From Alphaproteobacteria bacterium (GTDB taxonomy: Bacteria; Pseudomonadota; Alphaproteobacteria; CALKHQ01), in NCBI GenBank assembly GCA_965227515.1, contig CBDDFZ010000001.1, positions 1 through 64,000 on the forward strand: 64,000 nucleotides of DNA, given 5' to 3'. This document shows, piece after piece, positions 37,601 to 48,605 of this stretch. A program made the translations under genes and the position numbers. The notes under the pieces are model-generated. The model was not told the DNA's origin, made no database searches, and worked only from the letters and a program-made list of their open reading frames with translations. Numbering within the stretch: position 1 is the stretch's first letter; each line of letters begins with the position of its first letter.

Positions 37601-38224
37601 ATGCTGACTATCTTCCTCATCACGTTCGGCAAGGCCGTCCTCGCCGGGCTGGCGATTGCCGCCCCGGTCGGACCGGTGGGCGTGATGTGCGTGCAGCGCA
37701 CCCTGCATCACGGCCGGGTCGCCGGCCTCGTGTCCGGCCTGGGCGCCGCGCTGGCCGATGCCATGTTCGGCATCGTCGCCGCGTTCGGCGTGGTGGCGGT
37801 GGCGGACTGGATGGTCAATCACCAGACCATTCTGGAGCTGGTCGGCGGTGCGCTGTTGATCGGCATCGGCCTGCGCGCGCTGATGACCCGCGCGGCGGAA
37901 AAGACCACCGCCGAGCCGCGGGGCCACCTGGCCGCGTTCGCGTCGACCTTCGTGCTGACCATCACCAACCCGATCACCATCCTGGCGTTCGCCGCCGTGT
38001 TCGCGTCGCTGGGGCTCGGCGTGGAAGAGCTGAGCATGACCGACGCGGCCATCCTGGTCGGCGGCGTCTTCGTCGGATCGGCGCTCTGGTGGTGCGGCAT
38101 CGCGGCCAGCGCCGGCCTGTTGCGCGCCAAGCTGGGCGACAACGCCAAGTCGATGCTGAACGGCGTGGCCGGCGTCATCATCATCGCGTTCGGTTGCGTC
38201 GCCCTGGTCGCCGGCCTGGTCTGA
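37601..38224 (+). CDS. LysE-family translocator
   Basis: IAAPVGPVGVMCVQRTL, GLGAALAD and LTITNPITIL. Confidence 0.9.
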   Translation: MLTIFLITFGKAVLAGLAIAAPVGPVGVMCVQRTLHHGRVAGLVSGLGAALADAMFGIVAAFGVVAVADWMVNHQTILELVGGALLIGIGLRALMTRAAEKTTAEPRGHLAAFASTFVLTITNPITILAFAAVFASLGLGVEELSMTDAAILVGGVFVGSALWWCGIAASAGLLRAKLGDNAKSMLNGVAGVIIIAFGCVALVAGLV

Positions 38225-38547
38225 TTGCAGGCATGACATGCGCGCCGCGGGCCACTCCTCGGCCACGGCGCAACACTCCTGCTTCGCGGCACGTTCAGCA
38301 CTCGCCCGCAGCTCGTTAGGTCATATATCCCAAGAGGCGCCAACAATTCGCACAAAAAATAGGCAGGACCAGGCACCTCTATAGATGAGCACCAGGTGCG
38401 AATACGGATTGTGTCTGGGCAGATTCACCAAAACGCCCGGAAGGACCCCCTATTTCGCAAATATAGTGCGCTACTGATTCGATCTTTTCATAGTTTGGAA
38501 ATCGGTTTGATCGACATTGACCCCCAGATTCGCTCTCGGAGGTCGCG

Positions 38548-40635
38548 ATGGGCAAGAAAAGACATTCCATTGGCAAATTCTCGGTCGCGCAGCGCCTGAA
38601 GCTCATGGTCGCGGTTCCCGTGGTCACGGCGCTGCTGCTCGGCATCTTGATCGCCGGGTATCTGTACAACCGTGCGTCGGACATGACCGCCACGGTACCG
38701 CTCGTCCAGATCGCGGAGTCGACCAGCGCGCTGGTCCACGAACTGCAGAAGGAGCGCGGACGTTCCGCCGCCTTTGTCAGTTCCGGCCGCGAAGCCCGTT
38801 TCCTGGCCGACCTTCAGGCGCAACGGTCGCTGACCGATGCCGCCCTTGCCGATTTCGACGCCCACATGAGTGGATTGGATGTGGAGGCGCTGTTCGGCAA
38901 CCAGGCGGCGCAATACGCAAACGCCGGCACCGCAGTCCACGACACGCTGGAAATGCGCGGGGCGATCAACAGCGGTGAGGTCCAGGCGCAGGAGATCGTT
39001 GGCGCATACTCGGCGCGGATCGACACCCTGATCCGGCTGATGGTTGTCGCCACCGAGCATAGCCCGTCGCAGGAGGTCAAAGCGCACTTGTCACCCTACA
39101 TCGCACTGGTGCGGGTCAAGGAAAGCGCGGGCCTGGAACGCGCGCTCGGCAGCGCCCTGCTCAACCAGGCTGCCGACGGCGCCTTCTCCGACCAGTTGTT
39201 CGTGACTTACAGCCGACACCTCTTCGGCGAGAGTATTTTCCTGGACGAGTTCCAGCTCTATGCCAGCGACAGCTTCGTGGCGTGGTTCGACCAGACGGTG
39301 GTGGGGCCCGACGTCGAGCAGGTCATGGCCTGGCGCGACGTCATTGCAGCCATACCCGAGACGGTGGATGCACAGGGCGTCGACGGCAAGGTCTGGTTCG
39401 ACACCGCAACCAAACGCATCAACCTGATCAAGCAGGTGGAGGACCGGATCGCGGCGGAGATGGCGACCCTCGCCGCCGAGAACGAGCAATGGGCGTGGAT
39501 CGAACTCGCCATCGGCATCGCCGTCATCGTGTCGATGGCCGTGGGCATGATCATTTTCACGATCAACCAGACCCGTCGCACCCTCTACGCGGTGGATTTC
39601 GTCAGCGACAAGCTGATGCGGCTGGCCAATGGCGACCTTGATGTCGACATCGAGGAACGGCGGTCCAAGCCGCGCAAGGACGAAGTCAGCCACATGTACG
39701 CCGGTCTGGTCTTGATGAAGCAGAACGCGCTGGAGCAGAGAAGGCTGCAGGCGGAGAAGCTCAGCAATGCCGAGCGCGAAGCCGAACGGACCCGCCAGTC
39801 CAAGGCGATCATCGACGCCTTCCAGCAGGACATCAGCGAGCTGGTCGCCCAGCTCACCTCGGCAGCGAACGATCTCAACACCCGCGCTGGGCAACTGACC
39901 GAAGGCGCAGAGGCAACCACCCGCAGCTCGGTGGAGGCATCCAGCAAGGCCGAATTGTCCAGTAACGCGGTTGAATCGATGGCGGCCGCGACCGAGGAAA
40001 TCACTGCCTCCATTGGCGAGGTCAACCGGCAGGCCAGCGGGCTGCGCAAGAGCTCTCAGGAGGCCGCCGACGATACCATCGCGATCCATCGCGATGTGGC
40101 CGAATTGAAGGAGAAGGGCCAGCAGATCAACGGCGTCATGACCCTGATCTCGGACATCGCGGCCCAGACCAACCTACTGGCGCTGAACGCCACCATCGAG
40201 GCAGCGCGCGCAGGTGCGGCGGGCAAGGGGTTCGCGGTCGTGGCCTCCGAGGTCAAGGCGCTGTCAAACGAGACCGCCAAGGCGACCGAGAGCATCCGCG
40301 CCCAGGTGGAGGCGATGGTCGCGGCCATCGAGAGCAGCACCACCGGCATCGAGAAAGTGAGCAGCGGAATCGAAAGCGTGGGCCTGTCGGTCGAGGCGGT
40401 CGCCACCGCGGTCGACGAGCAACTCAGCGCCACGTCCGAGATTTCGCAGAATGCGGCGGAGGCTTCAAAGGGGAGCCGGGGAGCCTGCGAACATGCGCAG
40501 CAGGTGCAAGAGATCGCAACCCGGACCAACGAGAACGCGGCGGACGTGCGGTCGATCGCCGAGGGCCTGGCACAGCGCATCGGCAGCCTGCAAACACGGA
40601 CCGAGGAGTTCGTCAGCAAGCTGGCAGCCGCTTAA
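38548..40635 (+). CDS. Methyl-accepting chemotaxis protein with NIT (nitrate/nitrite-sensing) periplasmic domain
   Basis: Two TMs; [10 protein letters not shown] and [12 protein letters not shown] motifs; [20 protein letters not shown] signalling domain. Confidence 0.9.
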   Translation: MGKKRHSIGKFSVAQRLKLMVAVPVVTALLLGILIAGYLYNRASDMTATVPLVQIAESTSALVHELQKERGRSAAFVSSGREARFLADLQAQRSLTDAALADFDAHMSGLDVEALFGNQAAQYANAGTAVHDTLEMRGAINSGEVQAQEIVGAYSARIDTLIRLMVVATEHSPSQEVKAHLSPYIALVRVKESAGLERALGSALLNQAADGAFSDQLFVTYSRHLFGESIFLDEFQLYASDSFVAWFDQTVVGPDVEQVMAWRDVIAAIPETVDAQGVDGKVWFDTATKRINLIKQVEDRIAAEMATLAAENEQWAWIELAIGIAVIVSMAVGMIIFTINQTRRTLYAVDFVSDKLMRLANGDLDVDIEERRSKPRKDEVSHMYAGLVLMKQNALEQRRLQAEKLSNAEREAERTRQSKAIIDAFQQDISELVAQLTSAANDLNTRAGQLTEGAEATTRSSVEASSKAELSSNAVESMAAATEEITASIGEVNRQASGLRKSSQEAADDTIAIHRDVAELKEKGQQINGVMTLISDIAAQTNLLALNATIEAARAGAAGKGFAVVASEVKALSNETAKATESIRAQVEAMVAAIESSTTGIEKVSSGIESVGLSVEAVATAVDEQLSATSEISQNAAEASKGSRGACEHAQQVQEIATRTNENAADVRSIAEGLAQRIGSLQTRTEEFVSKLAAA

Positions 40636-40661
40636 CCCGAGCGGCACCGCCAAGAAGGGCG

Positions 40662-40952
40662 CTAGCAGGTTGTTGAAAAACTCCGAAGAGGCTGCGAAGC
40701 ATGAATATTTCGTCGAGGACAAGAAGCGGACGGCGATGTGGTGGTGGACTACCACGAGCCGTTCGCGACGCGGTCATTCGCGAAATATTCAGCTTCCCGA
40801 ACGGGTTACGGTCTGATCGCGGTTCTGGTTCGTTGTGCCGGCTCACCGATGCATCCAGCATCGCTTTCGCCCAGTGGTCCTTGGGCACGCCTGCCATTCC
40901 CACAATCAGCCCCGTAACGCAGTCCTTCCGGAGTTTTTCAACAGCCTGCTAG
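40662..40952. mobile_element. Non-autonomous MITE (283 bp) with 20-bp TIRs flanked by CTAG
   Basis: caggttgttgaaaaactccg (40666-40685) matches the reverse complement of 40929-40948 at 19/20; CTAG on both sides; no transposase. Confidence 0.8.
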
Positions 40953-40956
40953 GCCG

Positions 40957-41535
40957 TCAGTCCAGGTCCTCGTCGATATCGTCCGCGTCCAGCGCGCGGC
41001 GCGCGATCGCGAACGAGAATCCGGCCCGGGTCATGGCCGCCAGGTCCTTGCGGGCTTGATCGTCAGCTGCCTGGCCCCCCGGGCTCTGGCGTCGATGCGG
41101 CCCCAGACGGCGGCGTTGCGCGAACCGCTGCGCGGCAGCCAGCTCCGCGTCTTCGGAGTCCGCATCGGGATCGTCCAGCGCCGTGTCGATGGCGGCATCG
41201 TCCATGCCCTTGTTGCGCAGCACCGCGCGGATGCGCAGCGCCGAGGCGCCGCGACGACGCTCCACCCGCACCTTGGACGCGGCGTATTCCGCGTCGTCGA
41301 TCAGGCCCTGGCGGACGAGCGTGCCGACCACCTCGGCAATGGCGTCGACGTAGTCGGCCACTGCCCGGTCGTCGCCGTGGTGACGCATGATCCGGCGTTG
41401 CAGGACCCGGGTCACCTGGCTTGACGGCGCCGGATAACGGGCCAGATAGTCCAGCGCCGCCTGCCGCAGCGCAGCCACCGTTAACGGCTCCACGATTGCG
41501 GCTCCACGATTGCGTTGGCGCCGGCCATGTGCCAT
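40957..41535 (-). CDS. recX: RecX-family regulatory protein
   Basis: ALDYLARY, GLIDDAEYA, RGASALRIRAVLRNKG, RRRLGP and RAGFSFAIAR; start approximate. Confidence 0.85.
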   Translation of the reverse strand: MAHGRRQRNRGAAIVEPLTVAALRQAALDYLARYPAPSSQVTRVLQRRIMRHHGDDRAVADYVDAIAEVVGTLVRQGLIDDAEYAASKVRVERRRGASALRIRAVLRNKGMDDAAIDTALDDPDADSEDAELAAAQRFAQRRRLGPHRRQSPGGQAADDQARKDLAAMTRAGFSFAIARRALDADDIDEDLD

Positions 41536-41598
41536 CAACCGCGGCGGCGTGTCCCGGCGGGCGGGCGGCCGTTCCATGACACACATTGCGAGTCCATT

Positions 41599-42393
41599 TT
41601 GAGCACCCCCCACGTTCGCGCCATCGGTCTGGTCAACTGGCTGGGTTTCCGGTCGCTGTACATGAAGGAAGTGCGCCGTTTCCTCAAGGTCTACCTCCAG
41701 ACCATCGCGGCGCCGGTTGTCACCTCCCTGCTGTTCCTGGCCATCTTTACCCTGGCGCTGGGCCGCGCCGTGACAGTGCATGAAGGCACCACCTTTGCCG
41801 CCTTCCTGGCGCCGGGCCTGGTGATGATGTCGATCGTGCAGAACGCGTTCGCCAACACCTCGTCCAGCATCATGATCGCCAAGGTTCAGGGCAACATCGT
41901 CGACGTGCTGATGCCGCCATTGTCGCCGATGGAGCTGACGCTGGGCTTCCTGATGGGCGCGGTCACCCGCGGCATCCTGGTCGGCGTCGTCGCCACCGTG
42001 GCGATGGCCTTCTTCGTGCCGGTGGGGATCGCGCACATCTGGGCGATCCTCTATTTCGGCATATCGGCCGCGATGCTGATGGGGCTGATCGGCATGCTGG
42101 GGGCGATCTGGGCGGAGAAGTTCGACCAGATCGCGGCGGTCACCAACTTCGTGATCACGCCGCTGACGTTCCTGTCCGGCACCTTCTATTCCATCGAGCG
42201 CCTGCCGGACGCCTGGCAGACGGTGGCGCACCTGAACCCGTTCTTCTACATGATCGACGGGTTTCGCTATGGCTTCATCGGCACCTCCGACAGCGACCCG
42301 CTGATCGGCGTGCTGGTGCTGGCGGCGGTGAACGGCGCGCTGCTGGTCTGGACCTGGCGCCTGCTCGCCATCGGCTATCGCCTGAAACCGTGA
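41599..42393 (+). CDS. ABC-2 type permease (YadH-like)
   Basis: KEVRRFLKV, FLAPGL, NAFANTSSS, FLSGTFY and NPFFYMIDGFRYG; TTG start approximate. Confidence 0.9.
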   Translation: MSTPHVRAIGLVNWLGFRSLYMKEVRRFLKVYLQTIAAPVVTSLLFLAIFTLALGRAVTVHEGTTFAAFLAPGLVMMSIVQNAFANTSSSIMIAKVQGNIVDVLMPPLSPMELTLGFLMGAVTRGILVGVVATVAMAFFVPVGIAHIWAILYFGISAAMLMGLIGMLGAIWAEKFDQIAAVTNFVITPLTFLSGTFYSIERLPDAWQTVAHLNPFFYMIDGFRYGFIGTSDSDPLIGVLVLAAVNGALLVWTWRLLAIGYRLKP

Positions 42394-42403
42394 CCCTGAA
42401 GTC

Positions 42404-43276
42404 ATGCCCCCTGAAACCATGACCGCGGCCGGCGAGGCATCCCATCGCGCCGAGTCCGTGACGAAGGCGGTCGGCGGGTGGCGTGCGCCGGTGCCGCCCA
42501 CGGCCTGGCAGGCCTGGTGGGCGATCTATGCCCGCGAGATGAAGCGGATGAAGAGTGCTACGGGGTTCATCCTGCTGCCGCGTGCGCTGACCACCCTGCT
42601 GCTGATCGCCGTGTTCGAGCTTGCCGCACCCGGCGGGCTGGCCGGCAGCACCCAGGCCCTGCCGGACGGCATCGGGCTCGGCAGCTACCTCGCGCCGGGA
42701 CTGGCGGCACTGGGCCTGATGACGGCGTCGTTCGAGATGACCGCGTTCATGCTGCTGCACGCCAAGCTGGAAGGCTATATCGAGGCCGACCTGATGGCGC
42801 CCTTGGGGGCGCTGCCCCGGGTCGCCGCCTATTCCATGGCCGGCATCACCGCCGGCCTTGTGACCGCCGTCCTGATCGTCGCACTGACCGTGTTGCTGGT
42901 CGACGTGCCGTTCGCCGACCCTGGCATCGCGATCGCGTTCACCGTCGGCGGCGCCTGGGCATTGGCCATGTGCGGCGTGATTGCCGGCCTGTGGTCGACC
43001 AAATGGGATTCGCTGTCCGCCATCTCTACCTTCGTCGTCATGCCGCTGATGTTCCTGTCCGGCACATTCGCGCCGGTGGACGGGCTGGCAGAGCCGCTGG
43101 CCAGCATCCTGGCGGCCTCGCCGACCCACTTCGTCGTCGACGGCGTGCGCGCCGGACTGGCCGGAGTCGCGGCGACCGACCTGGTTGTCGGCGGCCTGGT
43201 GGTGCTGGGATTGTCGCTGCTGGCGACGGTGGCGGCGCAGCGATTGGTGGCGACCGGATACCGAACCCAGTCTTGA
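42404..43276 (+). CDS. ABC-2 type permease (divergent YadH-like paralog)
   Basis: YLAPGL, PLMFLSGTF and VVDGVRAG. Confidence 0.8.
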   Translation: MPPETMTAAGEASHRAESVTKAVGGWRAPVPPTAWQAWWAIYAREMKRMKSATGFILLPRALTTLLLIAVFELAAPGGLAGSTQALPDGIGLGSYLAPGLAALGLMTASFEMTAFMLLHAKLEGYIEADLMAPLGALPRVAAYSMAGITAGLVTAVLIVALTVLLVDVPFADPGIAIAFTVGGAWALAMCGVIAGLWSTKWDSLSAISTFVVMPLMFLSGTFAPVDGLAEPLASILAASPTHFVVDGVRAGLAGVAATDLVVGGLVVLGLSLLATVAAQRLVATGYRTQS

Positions 43277-43330
43277 ATGCGCACAAGGGCCTGATGCGAG
43301 CCGGGGCCTGAATGCGAACAAGGGCCTGAT
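43274..43330 (+). repeat. 22-bp direct repeat (21/22), period 35
   Basis: tgaatgcgcacaagggcctgat (43274-43295) and tgaatgcgaacaagggcctgat (43309-43330). Confidence 0.8.
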
Positions 43331-43470
43331 CGCACCAAGCGGTTGGGCCATTGGTCCAGTCAACGGTCTTTTTACATCAAAGCAGTATGGTTGATGGCGT
43401 GAGTGCGAAATCCCGCCTTCGGGTGACGCCTCCGCATGACCGGTGCCCGTGCACCCACCGACGGATCGCA

Positions 43471-45984
43471 ATGTCAGCGAATGTTGCCAAACTGGAGCGA
43501 CCTGCCACGCAAATAGCGGCTGAAGTGCCGGCGCTCGGCTTGTGGCTGGACGCGCTGCCCAGGGCCGCGGCATGTCGCTGTGACGGCCAGGTGTTCGTCA
43601 ACGACCTGATGGAGGAGCTGACCGGCTATGACCGCGAGGCCCTGACCGGGGCCGAGACGTGGTCCGCGATGGCGTTGCCGGCCGGCTTCAATCTCGCCGA
43701 CATCCGCGCCCCCACCGATGCCGCGCTGGCCGCGGCCGAGTCGTCCGTCGTGCCGCTTCTGAAACGCGACGGCGACCGCTGCATGGTGGAGATCGTGCGG
43801 CGCGTGCAGGGCCCCTACGAAATCTGGCTGTTTACCGACCTGACCGAGGACGTGCGCGTCGGCCTGGTCAACCTGCCGCCTGACGCCACCGATACAACGG
43901 ACAACGACACCGCCCAGTCCGCCGAAAGTGCGCGGATCCACCTGGCCGAGCGCCGGCTGCGCGACGCGGTGGAGTCGGTCAACGCCGGCTTCGTGCTGTG
44001 GAATGCCGATGGGCGCATGGAGCTGTGCAACAACGAATTCGCCACCCTGAGCCCGACCGTGCAACGCACCATTGCCCCCGGCATCACCCTGCGCACATTG
44101 CTGCAGGCGGCGGCCAAGGCGGGCGAGCTGGCCATCGACACCAACTTCGATGCCTGGTGGGCAAGCTACGAGAACATGGTGGCGCAGGCCGATGTGTCGG
44201 TCTCCGAGATGCAGCTCGGCGACCGCTGGCTGCTGGTGTCCGAGCGCCCGACGTCCGACGGCGGCCGGGTCAGCGTCTACACCGACATCTCGATCCTGAA
44301 GCGCAAGGAAGAGTTGCTGCGGTCCAACGAGGACACGCTGAACGTCACCATCCAGGATCTTGAGAAGTCGCGCCTGCGGATCGAGGAGCAGTCGCAGCGG
44401 CTGGCCGAGATCGCGGAGATGTACCAGGCCGAGCACGAGAAGGCGAACCTGGCCAACGAGGCGAAGTCGCAGTTCCTGGCGGTGATGAGCCACGAGCTGC
44501 GCACGCCGATGACCGGCGTGATGGGCGTGATCGACCTGCTGGAGCGCACCCAGCTGACCAGCACGCAGGCGCGCTACATCGTGACCCTGCGCGCCTCGGC
44601 CGACGCCCTGCTCTCCCTGCTGAACGATATTCTCGATTTTTCCAAGATCGAGGCCGGGCGGATGACGATCGAGGAAATCTCGTTCGACGTGAACGAGGTT
44701 TGCACCAACGTCGAGCAGTTGTTCCGCGAGAAGGCTTCTTCGCGCGAGAACATGCTGACCCTGAAGGTCGACGACGATGTCCCGGCCAACGTCATCGGCG
44801 ATCCGGCCCGCCTGCGCCAGGTCTTGTCGAACCTTGTCGGCAATGCCGTGAAGTTCACAGAGCACGGCACGGTGACGCTGCAAGTCAGCATGGCCGACAG
44901 CCAGCCCAACAATGGTGCCGCCCTGCTGTTCTGCGTCGACGATACCGGCATCGGCCTGACCGACGAGCAATGCAGCCGCTTGTTCCGCGCCTTCGAGCAG
45001 GCCGACCCGACCACCACGCGCAAGTTCGGAGGCACCGGGCTGGGCCTGGCCATCTGCCGCCGGCTGGTCGAGCTGATGGGTGGCGAGATCGGCGTTGAAA
45101 GCGAACCCGGCCGTGGTTCGCGGTTCTGGTTCACCGTGCCGGTGCAACTGTGCGAGGCGGCAAGCCCGCAGCCCCGCGAGCCAGAGGCCCCGTCGGAACC
45201 GAGCCCCAACGCCACCAAGGTCTTGCTGGCCGAGGACAATGCCGTCAACCGCATGCTGATCATCTCGATGCTGAACGAGTTCGGCTACGAGGTGGACGCG
45301 GTGGAGGACGGCGATGCCGCCGTGAGCATGATGCGCGAACGGCCGGACTTCGACATTGTGCTGATGGACATGCAGATGCCCAACATGGACGGCAAGACCG
45401 CGGCGGAAGAGATTCGCAAACTGCCGGCGCCGGCCTGCAACATCCCGATCGTGGCGTTGACCGCCAACGTATCGCCGACGCATCGGGATGCCTATTTGCG
45501 GGCGGGCCTGGACGGATTTCTGGCCAAGCCCATCGAGTGGGATCAGCTCGATGCGACCGTGCGGCAACTGGTCGACAAAGCGTCTGGCGACGATGCCGCA
45601 CCGCAGCCGGAGACAAGCTCGGTGGCCAGCCTGGTCGCGGAGTTCGACAGCCTGCCCCTGATCAACCACGAGACCATCGGCCATATCGCCGACATGGTGG
45701 GCGAGGCGTCGCTGAGCAGCATGATCACGATGATGGTCGCGTCGGTCCGCGGCGAACTGGAAAAGGCGCAAACCGCCCTGGACGCCGGCGACCTGGACAG
45801 CGTCTCGGCGGTCGCCCACAGCCTGAAGGGCGTGGCCGCCAATTTCGGCGCCGAGCGCCTGGCGGCGGTGGCCAGCCAGCTACAGCACCACCAGGATCAT
45901 GCCGCCAGCCCGGCGGACCTGATCGCGGCACTCTGCCAGGTGATCGAGGCCACCGACCAGGCCTTCGTCGCCCGCCTGGACTGA
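43471..45984 (+). CDS. Cytoplasmic hybrid sensor kinase (PAS-PAS-HisKA-HATPase-REC-HPt)
   Basis: MSHELRTP, NLVGNAVKFT, DTGIG, GGTGLGL, VLMDMQMP and AHSLKG. Confidence 0.93.
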   Translation: MSANVAKLERPATQIAAEVPALGLWLDALPRAAACRCDGQVFVNDLMEELTGYDREALTGAETWSAMALPAGFNLADIRAPTDAALAAAESSVVPLLKRDGDRCMVEIVRRVQGPYEIWLFTDLTEDVRVGLVNLPPDATDTTDNDTAQSAESARIHLAERRLRDAVESVNAGFVLWNADGRMELCNNEFATLSPTVQRTIAPGITLRTLLQAAAKAGELAIDTNFDAWWASYENMVAQADVSVSEMQLGDRWLLVSERPTSDGGRVSVYTDISILKRKEELLRSNEDTLNVTIQDLEKSRLRIEEQSQRLAEIAEMYQAEHEKANLANEAKSQFLAVMSHELRTPMTGVMGVIDLLERTQLTSTQARYIVTLRASADALLSLLNDILDFSKIEAGRMTIEEISFDVNEVCTNVEQLFREKASSRENMLTLKVDDDVPANVIGDPARLRQVLSNLVGNAVKFTEHGTVTLQVSMADSQPNNGAALLFCVDDTGIGLTDEQCSRLFRAFEQADPTTTRKFGGTGLGLAICRRLVELMGGEIGVESEPGRGSRFWFTVPVQLCEAASPQPREPEAPSEPSPNATKVLLAEDNAVNRMLIISMLNEFGYEVDAVEDGDAAVSMMRERPDFDIVLMDMQMPNMDGKTAAEEIRKLPAPACNIPIVALTANVSPTHRDAYLRAGLDGFLAKPIEWDQLDATVRQLVDKASGDDAAPQPETSSVASLVAEFDSLPLINHETIGHIADMVGEASLSSMITMMVASVRGELEKAQTALDAGDLDSVSAVAHSLKGVAANFGAERLAAVASQLQHHQDHAASPADLIAALCQVIEATDQAFVARLD

Positions 45985-45995
45985 GCGCATAATGC

Positions 45996-46339
45996 CGTAG
46001 CCCTCGCCCTTGTGGCTACGACATCCACACATCTTGTCCGAGGTCGCTCGGTCTTCACAACAAACACCTCGTCGCCCTCGCCCTCCGTGGCGAGGGCCCA
46101 TGTCTGCAACCGCGCGGTAGGTGTGCGAATGTCTCGAGAGATGATCCAGGCCATCAACTCCAGATTCGCCACCTTGTGCCCGCCGAACCCCTAAATTATT
46201 GGCGTATTGGACAAAAATGGGTCCTCGCCACCCCAGAAGCTTGATGGGCGGCGAGGACGACAAAATTTCTTTTTGCGGGGGTCGAGCGACTCCCTGCAAA
46301 ATGTGCGAATTCAGCAGCAACAAGGGCGAGGACGACGGC
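45996..46339. repeat. Cluster of degenerate REP-like hairpins (same family as 7853-8022)
   Basis: ccctcgcccttgtggc, gtcgccctcgccctccgtggcgagggcccat, atgggtcctcgcca...ggcgaggacgac and acaagggcgaggacgac; a further copy lies near 22044-22068. Confidence 0.75.
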
Positions 46340-46375
46340 GAAAAAATGCTGCCGGCTACGCGGTAGCACCCGCCC

Positions 46376-47410
46376 CTAAGCCATTTCGATCTGGACCTTG
46401 ACCGAGTTCGCCGGCGCGCCGCGGGCGTAGTCGAACGCCTCGATGCTTTCCTTGAACCCATAGGTGTCGGTGATCAGGGGCGACACGTCGATCTGGCCGC
46501 TGCCCAGCATGGCCACCACCCGCGGCCAGATGTGGGCGTAGCGGAAGACGTGGTCGACCGTGACCTCCTTGATCGCGGCACCGACAACGTCATAGGCGAT
46601 CGGCTGCCCCGGCATGCCGATATAGACGATCTGGCCGCCCGGGCAGGCGAGCTCGGGCGCTTGCGCCGCGGCGGCCTCGTTGCCCGATGCCTCGAACACG
46701 ATGTCAGCACCCCAGTCGTCGGTCTCGCGCGCCACGACATCGGCCAGCTTCTCCGACTTGACGTTGACCGGCAGCACCGGGCCCATGCGTGCCGCAATCT
46801 CCAGCTTGGCTTCCGAAACGTCGGAGACGATGACCTTGCTGCACCCGCCGCCGAGCGCCGCCAGCACCGTCACCAGCCCGATGGTGCCGGCCCCGGTGAC
46901 GACGGCGACCTGGCCCGGCTGGATCTTCGCCTTGGTGGCGGCGTAGACGCCGGTCGCCAGCGGCTCCACCATCGCGCCGGCGGCGTACGACACGTTGTCG
47001 GGCAGCTTGTAGGTGAAGTCGGCCGGGTGCACGACGGTCGGCCGCAGCACGCCATGCACCGGCGGCGTCGCCCAGAACCGCACGGCCGGGTCCAGATTGT
47101 ACATGCCGAGCCGCGACGCCTTGCTGTTGGGGTCGGGAATGCCCGGCTCCATGCACACGCGATCGCCTTCCTTCAGGTGGGTGACGTCGCGGCCGACCTC
47201 AACCACCTCGCCCGAGGCCTCGTGCCCCAGGATCATCGGCTCGCGCACGACAAAGGGGCCGATGGCGCCATGGGCGTAGTAGTGCACGTCGCTGCCGCAC
47301 ACCCCCACACGCCGCAAGGCAATCCGTACGTCGCGCGGCCCGAGCTCGCCGTCCACCGCGATGTCGCGCAGCGACAACTCGTCCTTGCGCTCCAGCACCA
47401 GCGCTTCCAT
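46376..47410 (-). CDS. Zn-dependent polyol dehydrogenase (xylitol/sorbitol dehydrogenase type)
   Basis: [41 protein letters not shown] and VFRYA. Confidence 0.92.
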   Translation of the reverse strand: MEALVLERKDELSLRDIAVDGELGPRDVRIALRRVGVCGSDVHYYAHGAIGPFVVREPMILGHEASGEVVEVGRDVTHLKEGDRVCMEPGIPDPNSKASRLGMYNLDPAVRFWATPPVHGVLRPTVVHPADFTYKLPDNVSYAAGAMVEPLATGVYAATKAKIQPGQVAVVTGAGTIGLVTVLAALGGGCSKVIVSDVSEAKLEIAARMGPVLPVNVKSEKLADVVARETDDWGADIVFEASGNEAAAAQAPELACPGGQIVYIGMPGQPIAYDVVGAAIKEVTVDHVFRYAHIWPRVVAMLGSGQIDVSPLITDTYGFKESIEAFDYARGAPANSVKVQIEMA

Positions 47411-47660
47411 CGATGTTTCCTCCCGATACCCGCAAGTCTTGTTCGGCTCATACTATACCGGGTCGGAAGACCGGCCGGAAAGTGCCGCCGTCGCCACCCG
47501 CCTGGCACGGCCGATGCATCACGGGTTTTCTCAACCGGACGTCACCTGCCGCCGACACGGCACGCGATTGTGAAGTCATACGCCATGGCCAAGGCGCGGG
47601 CTGGGCCACACAATCCGACTTCCAGGCATGTACGGGCGGGCGGTCATGATGGAGGAAAGC

Positions 47661-48470
47661 ATGCGCAAGCGAGATCGCCGGGAAAGCCGGTGGCTGGGTG
47701 CCGTCGCGGCGGCGGTGGCCATCGTCGCCCTGCCGGCCATGGCAGCGGCCAAATGCCTGCCGATTGCCCAGGGACCGGAGTACGGGCCGCTGCGGCCGAT
47801 CCCGGTTGCGGCGCCCGCCGAAGGATCGGTCCGCATCACTTTCATGGGCCATTCCAGCTTCCTGATCGAGACCGCGGGCGGCGCCAGCGCGGTGACCGAC
47901 TATTACGGCTTCGCCCTGCCGGTCACGCCCGACGTCGCGACCATGAACAACGCGCATTCCAGCCACTACACCAACTTCCCCAACCCGGATATCGGCCTGG
48001 TCTTGCGCGGCTGGGCGCAGGACAACCAGTCCATCGCCTCCTATGACGAGCAGGTCGAGGACTTGCGGGTCTGGAACGTGCCGACAAATGTGCGCGACAC
48101 TGGCGGCACCCGCTTCAACGGCAATTCGATCTTCGTGTTCGAGGCCGCGGGGCTGTGCATCGCCCATCTGGGCCACCTACACCACGACCTGACCGACCAG
48201 CACCTGTCCGACCTGGGGGTCATCGACGTGCTGCTGGCGCCCGCCGACGGGGCCTACACCCTGTCGCACGACCTGCTGATCACGGTGATCGGCCAGATCA
48301 GGCCGAAGGTGATCATCCCGATGCACTATTTCGGCACCTACTCGCTGACGCGCTTCCTGACCAAGGTCGAGGAGGCCGGCTTCACCATCGACATCCGCGA
48401 CGAGGCCGCGCTGACGATCTCGCGGCTCAACATGCCCTTCGACACGCTGATCGTGCTCGGCGACGGATAG
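47661..48470 (+). CDS. Exported MBL-fold metallo-hydrolase (Lactamase_B_3-like)
   Basis: GHSSFLI, NAHSSH, HLGHL and IPMHY. Confidence 0.85.
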   Translation: MRKRDRRESRWLGAVAAAVAIVALPAMAAAKCLPIAQGPEYGPLRPIPVAAPAEGSVRITFMGHSSFLIETAGGASAVTDYYGFALPVTPDVATMNNAHSSHYTNFPNPDIGLVLRGWAQDNQSIASYDEQVEDLRVWNVPTNVRDTGGTRFNGNSIFVFEAAGLCIAHLGHLHHDLTDQHLSDLGVIDVLLAPADGAYTLSHDLLITVIGQIRPKVIIPMHYFGTYSLTRFLTKVEEAGFTIDIRDEAALTISRLNMPFDTLIVLGDG

Positions 48471-48605
48471 GGCAGGCGGCCCGCACACGGCGCCGGCCAC
48501 TTGATGCCGGCGCCACCTCCCCGTAGAGTCCAGCCGACCGTGGCGGGATGAAGGGCACCGCAAGCGTGCCGTCCTGCCGGATTGTCATACGGGAGGAGAA
48601 ATCTC

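Noticed and set aside
38507-38520. FNR-like site TTGAT-N4-ATTGA upstream of the NIT chemoreceptor
   Set aside because: The second half matches ATCAA at only 3 of 5 positions
40957-42501. 514-aa ORF that looks like an extended RecX
   Set aside because: The N-terminal ~320 aa are antisense to the ABC-2 permease; only the last ~190 aa carry RecX motifs
43274-43330. Mini-CRISPR interpretation of the 22-bp repeat
   Set aside because: Only two copies with a 13-nt spacer
43474-45819. 781-aa minus-strand ORF
   Set aside because: Antisense shadow of the hybrid kinase
47503-47518. Sigma-54-like promoter TGGCACG-N4-ATGCA upstream of the MBL hydrolase
   Set aside because: One mismatch, GC-rich background and no enhancer-binding protein nearby; not supportable on its own
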